DNA of 63,020 nt, filler included, from Perkinsus chesapeaki ATCC PRA-425 (taxonomy: Eukaryota; Protista; Perkinsozoa), in NCBI GenBank assembly GCA_013115145.1. It is 8 parts of 8 records of this genome, joined end to end, with 100 filler letters (N's around TTAATTAATTAA, not from the genome) between each part and the next. Parts side by side here need not be neighbours in the genome. Positions count along the whole stretch, not along the records: positions 57,171 to 59,001 come from JAAPAO010001764.1; positions 59,102 to 61,650 come from JAAPAO010001578.1; positions 61,751 to 63,020 come from JAAPAO010002066.1; 5 more parts are not named here. One strand, 5' to 3'. Numbering within the stretch: the stretch's first letter is position 1; every line of letters starts with the position of its first letter. The position numbers were made by a program, and so were the translations under genes. A model generated the notes under the pieces. That model had not been told where the DNA came from. It saw nothing but the letters and a program-made list of their open reading frames with translations, and made no database searches. Positions 57,880 to 63,020 of the stretch are shown one piece after another.

Positions 57880-58153
57880 TCTGTAATTAGCAATGGTGGA
57901 ATACCTAAGGTTTGACAACATGACTGAGAATGTGTCAAATTATTCGATAAGGCTTGGGCAAGCAATGTGATATGGGAGCGTTGCGTGAGGACTTTGGAGG
58001 CCCGTAGCTCTGCTCTTGTGTTAAGCAGCACAACAAGCGTACATTGTGGCCACTGGAGACTAACTACTGCCTTCTGACTCAGAAGTTCGGAGTGTATATG
58101 TCGAGTATATAATACTATTGTATATGCGCCAATCTAAGCGCGCAGTATAATAT

Positions 58154-58198
58154 ACCTTCACACGTCGCATATACTGAGCATATGCGACGTGTGAAGGT
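58154..58198. repeat. Perfect 19-bp inverted repeat with a 7-nt loop
   Basis: ACCTTCACACGTCGCATAT (58154-58172) / ATATGCGACGTGTGAAGGT (58180-58198). Confidence 0.95.
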
Positions 58199-61100
58199 CT
58201 TCTTTGGATTCGCGATCAATATTGCTGCAATATTATTGCACTGGTATGTGGCCGCGGTGTACGCTAAGCATAGTGCGCGGCCGCCAGACTGCAGATGGGA
58301 GCGGCTTAAGCAGCTCAATCCCTTTGCCGAATATGCTGGACTAGATCTCGGCTATTTGGCTGAATAACAGCAGTCAATGACAATGACGACTCCGCGACAG
58401 AAATTGAAGGTATGTCCTACTTGCTTATGCAGAGACAGGGTCGTGTTGGGTCGCTCATTATCGTAAAGTGAGCCTGCTGTAGCAGAGAGTGCTCTACTGC
58501 CAGCTATGGCCGATTCAGTACACTGCCAGTCCTAGTAATTTGAAGAATAAAAGTGTGAACAGACTGTCACGTTGATCAGACAGAAGAAAGTATGCTAAAA
58601 TTGCATACCCTGCAGAGCAGAGCGCACAATATATGATACAAGGTGGCGCCGGACCCTGCGCTGGTCAGTCGGCATTGCGACGCGATACTGTGCGGTTCAT
58701 CATGAAGGCATTTCGTATTTTATGAATATCTTCTTCCTTCGCTGAGGTTCATGGCTCAGCAGCTGAGCCGTAGCTATGCCTCTACGAAGCTCTCAGAGGC
58801 AGTCTGAGAAAGTCCAAGCTTCAGAGCATGATATCCTTTGTCGGAGCCAAGCCTGGGCGCTTGCTATAGTTCACATGAACAAAGGAAAATTTACCAAGGA
58901 TCAATTGAGCGGAATCCCTACAGCTGCCATGTGCTGACCAGCAGCGCTACTGAGGGCTCGCTCGCCCTAAATCTATTAAAACTGTCACAATATCTGAAAC
59001 TNNNNNNNNNNNNNNNNNNNNNNNNNNNNNNNNNNNNNNNNNNNNTTAATTAATTAANNNNNNNNNNNNNNNNNNNNNNNNNNNNNNNNNNNNNNNNNNN
59101 NTATCGCAGACTGCGAGTCGCAGTTCATTCTGCCTTCAGTACGGGTAGCTTTTGTCATCTAGATTGTGAGGATGGCAATGATGATTCCAATAGAGTACTC
59201 TTGAGAACTCTGGCATCAGTTCTTCTCACTTCGTGGCTTCTTCTCATACCACGTTGTAGGTCTACCGTGCTATATCGGAGCCCTGTTTCGTTTGTCAATT
59301 GTCTTATAGAATCGAGGCCGAGAAATTGTACTGGACTACATTAATTCCTTCTGGGCTTTTACTAAGTAGATCTTGGATTGCTAATTGAGATCCATATGAT
59401 CCCGCTCACCTTAACAGTCAGAGTCTGATGAAACCGAACCATCCTTGCCTGGGGCCGAGCGCTCAATGCTATCTGCAAGGTTGGACCTTGGCAAGTGTCT
59501 CACTCCCAGATTGGCAAGGTCACCTTGCCGATCTGTGAGTGAGAAGATCATCCTTCAAAGATGACAATTCCGAAGTTCGAGGAGTACGCAAGTTGGTTAC
59601 TTGGCTGCCTGTCTCGGTGGCACCGATTTTTACAATGTAGAATGTCATAAGAACAAAGTTATTAAGTTATTACTAAGTTATAAGTACAGTACACGTGGAG
59701 CAACCGTTGCTTAGCATCCTTGAGGAAGTCTCCTCTCTTCGGTGTGGAATATTTTCCGTCTAGCGAACAATGCGGCGTTACGAAGTGTACCACGGAGGAT
59801 AATCTTTGTGTACTGCAGGAGACTACACTGTCTAGTCATATCATCATAATCTCATGATCAAATGTCTACATTCGCACATACAGAAGTATCTGGCTGAAGC
59901 CTCCCATTTGTATAATCATTTTTGTGTAATATTTGATATTTCTAGACTTAGTGATACTTCTGCAACCCGGAAAGGTGGAGTTAACAAATTCTAGTTCGGA
60001 AGCCCTAGGTAACTAACACGTTAGTAGAGGGAGCCACTCAGTCGACTGCGACGGACTCAGGCTTTTGCCAACCGCTCAGGCTTCGCGAGTCGCTTGAGTA
60101 TTTTTGATAACAAACGATTTGTTTTGTACGCTCCTATGTCCACAATGGCGTATGTATCCACTTTGAACGGTTGCTACCGTCTTAGGTGGTGCCTTTGGAC
60201 TTAACTCAACAGGGATGAAGATAGAACTATCTCAATTTATAATACAGCAAATAACGTATACACTAAGTAGACAACTATTGTGTGTGCTAGTAGCACAGTG
60301 CTACATATCTGTCGGACAACTATCAACTTGCATATGTCGCGAACATTATGGCCAGAGAAGCTTCATCACTTCCAATCTGGCTAAACAGAGAGGAGCCACC
60401 CCAGATGGCCCACAGCGCCCTCCATGAGACCTGGTCAGCTCAGGTTGCGCTCATTAGAGGCTTCACCCTACGGACCCGACCTCTTTCAAGTTGAGAATCT
60501 CAACTTGAGATGGTTCAGCGAGCTTCACTGTGTCGCTGAATTTTACCATATCGACAAATTTTATCGGTTGTCGAGTTTATACACCTCACGGTGAAGCTAA
60601 CCGCAAAGTACATACGTTTATTGTAATTGTAACTGGAATGTAATAAAATTAGCCAACTCGACTCCACCTTTCCGCTTCGGAACAGTATCACTGAATTGTT
60701 GGGCATTACACAGGAGTGATTATACGAATGGGAATGAAACCTTGAATAAACAATAATATTCTAATTCTTTCTAATCACATACTTTTATAAGTGTACAACT
60801 ACTAAGCTTTATAACAAGCTAAAATAACAGTTAGGGACAATTGTGTTGTGTTAAGTAGGGACAGTAATAATTGTGTTTATCATATATATTAAACTGCCTA
60901 TTCGTGTACAGGAACTTAAAATGAAAAGGTCGAAGTCAATAAGAATTGCCGGAAGAAGATACATGATGGATAGCAAGAACCAAATTTGAGGAATGACGTG
61001 TTGCTTCGGCTGGTTCGCCGCCGGGAGGAGCCAGGGCTTGGTCAGTGCACTTCAATTCAGCGTAATTCACTTCAGTCTACTTGCTGCACCAAGTTGCTCC

Positions 61101-61750
61101 ACTTAGTATCATAATGGCACTGGCGGACCGGTGGGGAGCAACAGCAACCTCGATCCAGTGATTATATAGGTTGAGGTGAGTCATAAGTCTAGTATTTAGA
61201 CCAACAACGTGAACAATATTCACTGAAGCCGCCCGCGCAAGCTCGGTGATTGCATGGTGCCGCGGGAGACACATTGTGGTGTCACCCCGACGATGAGGCT
61301 ACGACTCACCTCCTTGTCCTTCGGCTTGTACCTCTCCTTGACTGACGTGAGACCAATGAGAGTTATGATATATAAATGTTAATGTATGTAAAAAACTACT
61401 ACACATACCAGAGCCAACGGTACCTCGGCTCTTATGGTTTGAAGGACCTGCATACCGATTTGGTGTCGCCGACGGTGTGACACAATTTCAGGGAGGCGCA
61501 CGCCTGCGCAAAGAGATCCCAGGTAAGAAGCGCTACCAAATTGAGCATTTAACTGTCTGCAATCAGCATCTCTGAGCCAGGTTTAACTTTACTCGTATTC
61601 AAAATCGTTCCTTACTATAAATGCTCCACAACATGTTCCTTATATTGCTCNNNNNNNNNNNNNNNNNNNNNNNNNNNNNNNNNNNNNNNNNNNNTTAATT
61701 AATTAANNNNNNNNNNNNNNNNNNNNNNNNNNNNNNNNNNNNNNNNNNNN

Positions 61751-62974
61751 ACGATAGGAGGGACGCGATTCGTTGGAATCGTAAGCACGACCTGTCTGTC
61801 CACGAAGTGGATACGAGTCGCACCAATAACAGGTTTCTCAGGACAGCAAGCGGCAGAAGCTCTCGACAACTTGTTCTTCAACACAGTAGTTCCCAGAATC
61901 ATAATTCTGGATCAAGGATCCAACTTCATCGCTGCCGATTCATTTCGCCGTTGGGCGGCCAAGAGACAGATTCGTTTGAAGTATTTTCCCGTTGCATCTT
62001 CCAGCTTAGCTGGATGGATCGAACGATCTCACAAGAGCCTGAGAGACCATCTTCGCCCCATGCTTCTCGATAAGGAAGATCCATCGCTGGTGGGAGAGAA
62101 CAACTGGATGAATAGATTGCCGCGAGCAGTCTACGCGTGGAATGCTGCACCCTACCATAAAAATTGCCCCAATGGCTTGTCCCCGTATCTAATGGTATAC
62201 GGGACGCAACCCCGAATCCCCGGGGCCGAGATTCCTATCACCGATATAGAATTACAAGAGTTAGGAATTAACCACCTGATAGACATCCCCAGCTGGACAG
62301 CTTTACTTCAGCAAATGAGTCAAGTTCGTCAGAATACTAGAGATATCACCATGAAAGAATATATCGCTCATTGGAGCAACTTGCGCCAAGCCGCGCGCAG
62401 TACAATTAACAGACGATTGAGATCAGCTGAAACTATCAGAGTGGGAGATTTTGTTAGAATACTGAGACCTAAGCAGATCGCTTCAGAGAGTGTTATAGTA
62501 GTGCGTGTGAGCGGCAGTGTCATTAGAATTATCGATGCGTCTAGTCGTGTTTCAGACGAGTATATAGGTAATTTGGTATTGAATAAGTCAGAGCCACCCA
62601 ATAAGGACGCTCTGTTACGCTGTAAAGAATCTTACGATCGAGATGATAGATTTGCTGAGTTCCCAGCCATTGTAGTCACTCGGGAATTACAGCAGCTTCG
62701 TGCGCAAGACAATTCGGATCGTACGAATAACTTACTTGAGGAATTATCAGTCTTACCGGTATGTTCCCCTGATAATCTATCTGTTGATTCCACTGTTGTC
62801 ATAGTTAGCACTATCGATGGGCGCCCAGCGACTAGCTACTGGCGCGTCACTTCACGTGAATCAGATTCCGATCTGTGGAATTTATCGGCCATAGATGAAA
62901 ATGGAAGTTTGTTACCTGACGGCGGGACTCTTTCTGTTACTCGCAATATCATAATCTTTCTCCGATCCCATTAG
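61751..62974 (+). mobile_element. LTR-retrotransposon integrase core plus C-terminal extension (5'-truncated by the gap)
   Basis: The frame is open from 61751. IILDQGSNF (2nd D), GWIERSHKSL (E), WMNRLPRAVYAWNAAP and LSPYLMVYG are typical Ty3/gypsy integrase motifs. Confidence 0.88.
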
Positions 62975-63020
62975 TTAATACAACAAATATTGAGTAAGAA
63001 GAGTATATGAATATATTTAC

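Noticed and set aside
58751-58778. ATGGCTCAGCAGCTGAGCCGTAGC, containing SL-like words and a small hairpin
   Set aside because: The SL-like words are in the wrong order and short; the 8-bp hairpin is compatible with chance.
60340-60492. Short gag-like ORF start (MAREASSLPIWLNREEPP...)
   Set aside because: Only about 48 codons, no diagnostic motif, and no supporting LTR or PBS identified.

Overview
Eukaryotic, intron-rich genomic DNA. It most resembles an alveolate of the Perkinsus type; this is inferred from the short GT-AG introns, the cryptic-plastid MEP genes and the axonemal dynein. The window is 8 contigs joined by artificial 100-bp N44-TTAATTAATTAA-N44 spacers, so adjacency across spacers is not guaranteed. 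Host genes: NCBP1/CBP80, the 3' end of dxs, ispF, a helical-repeat (OPR/HPR-like) protein, a TIR-like membrane protein, a purple acid phosphatase, an outer-arm-type dynein heavy chain fragment, two paralogous membrane proteins and several hypotheticals. RNA genes: tRNA-Pro(CGG), which sits inside an ispF intron, and tRNA-Ser(GCT). Mobile DNA: three LTR-retrotransposon pieces, Tc1 and hAT remnants, and a Dada-like DDE transposase. One LTR piece has a canonical -1 frameshift signal and another has a possible UGA readthrough. Most striking observation: at least 8 dispersed tRNA 3'-half relics keep exact tRNA geometry (T-loop/B-box + 5 nt + 7 nt + discriminator + T-rich tail). Most lie in spliceosomal introns, in the sense orientation of unrelated genes, and three 44-46 nt introns consist of almost nothing else. 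All gene models were spliced by eye; no database searches were run.
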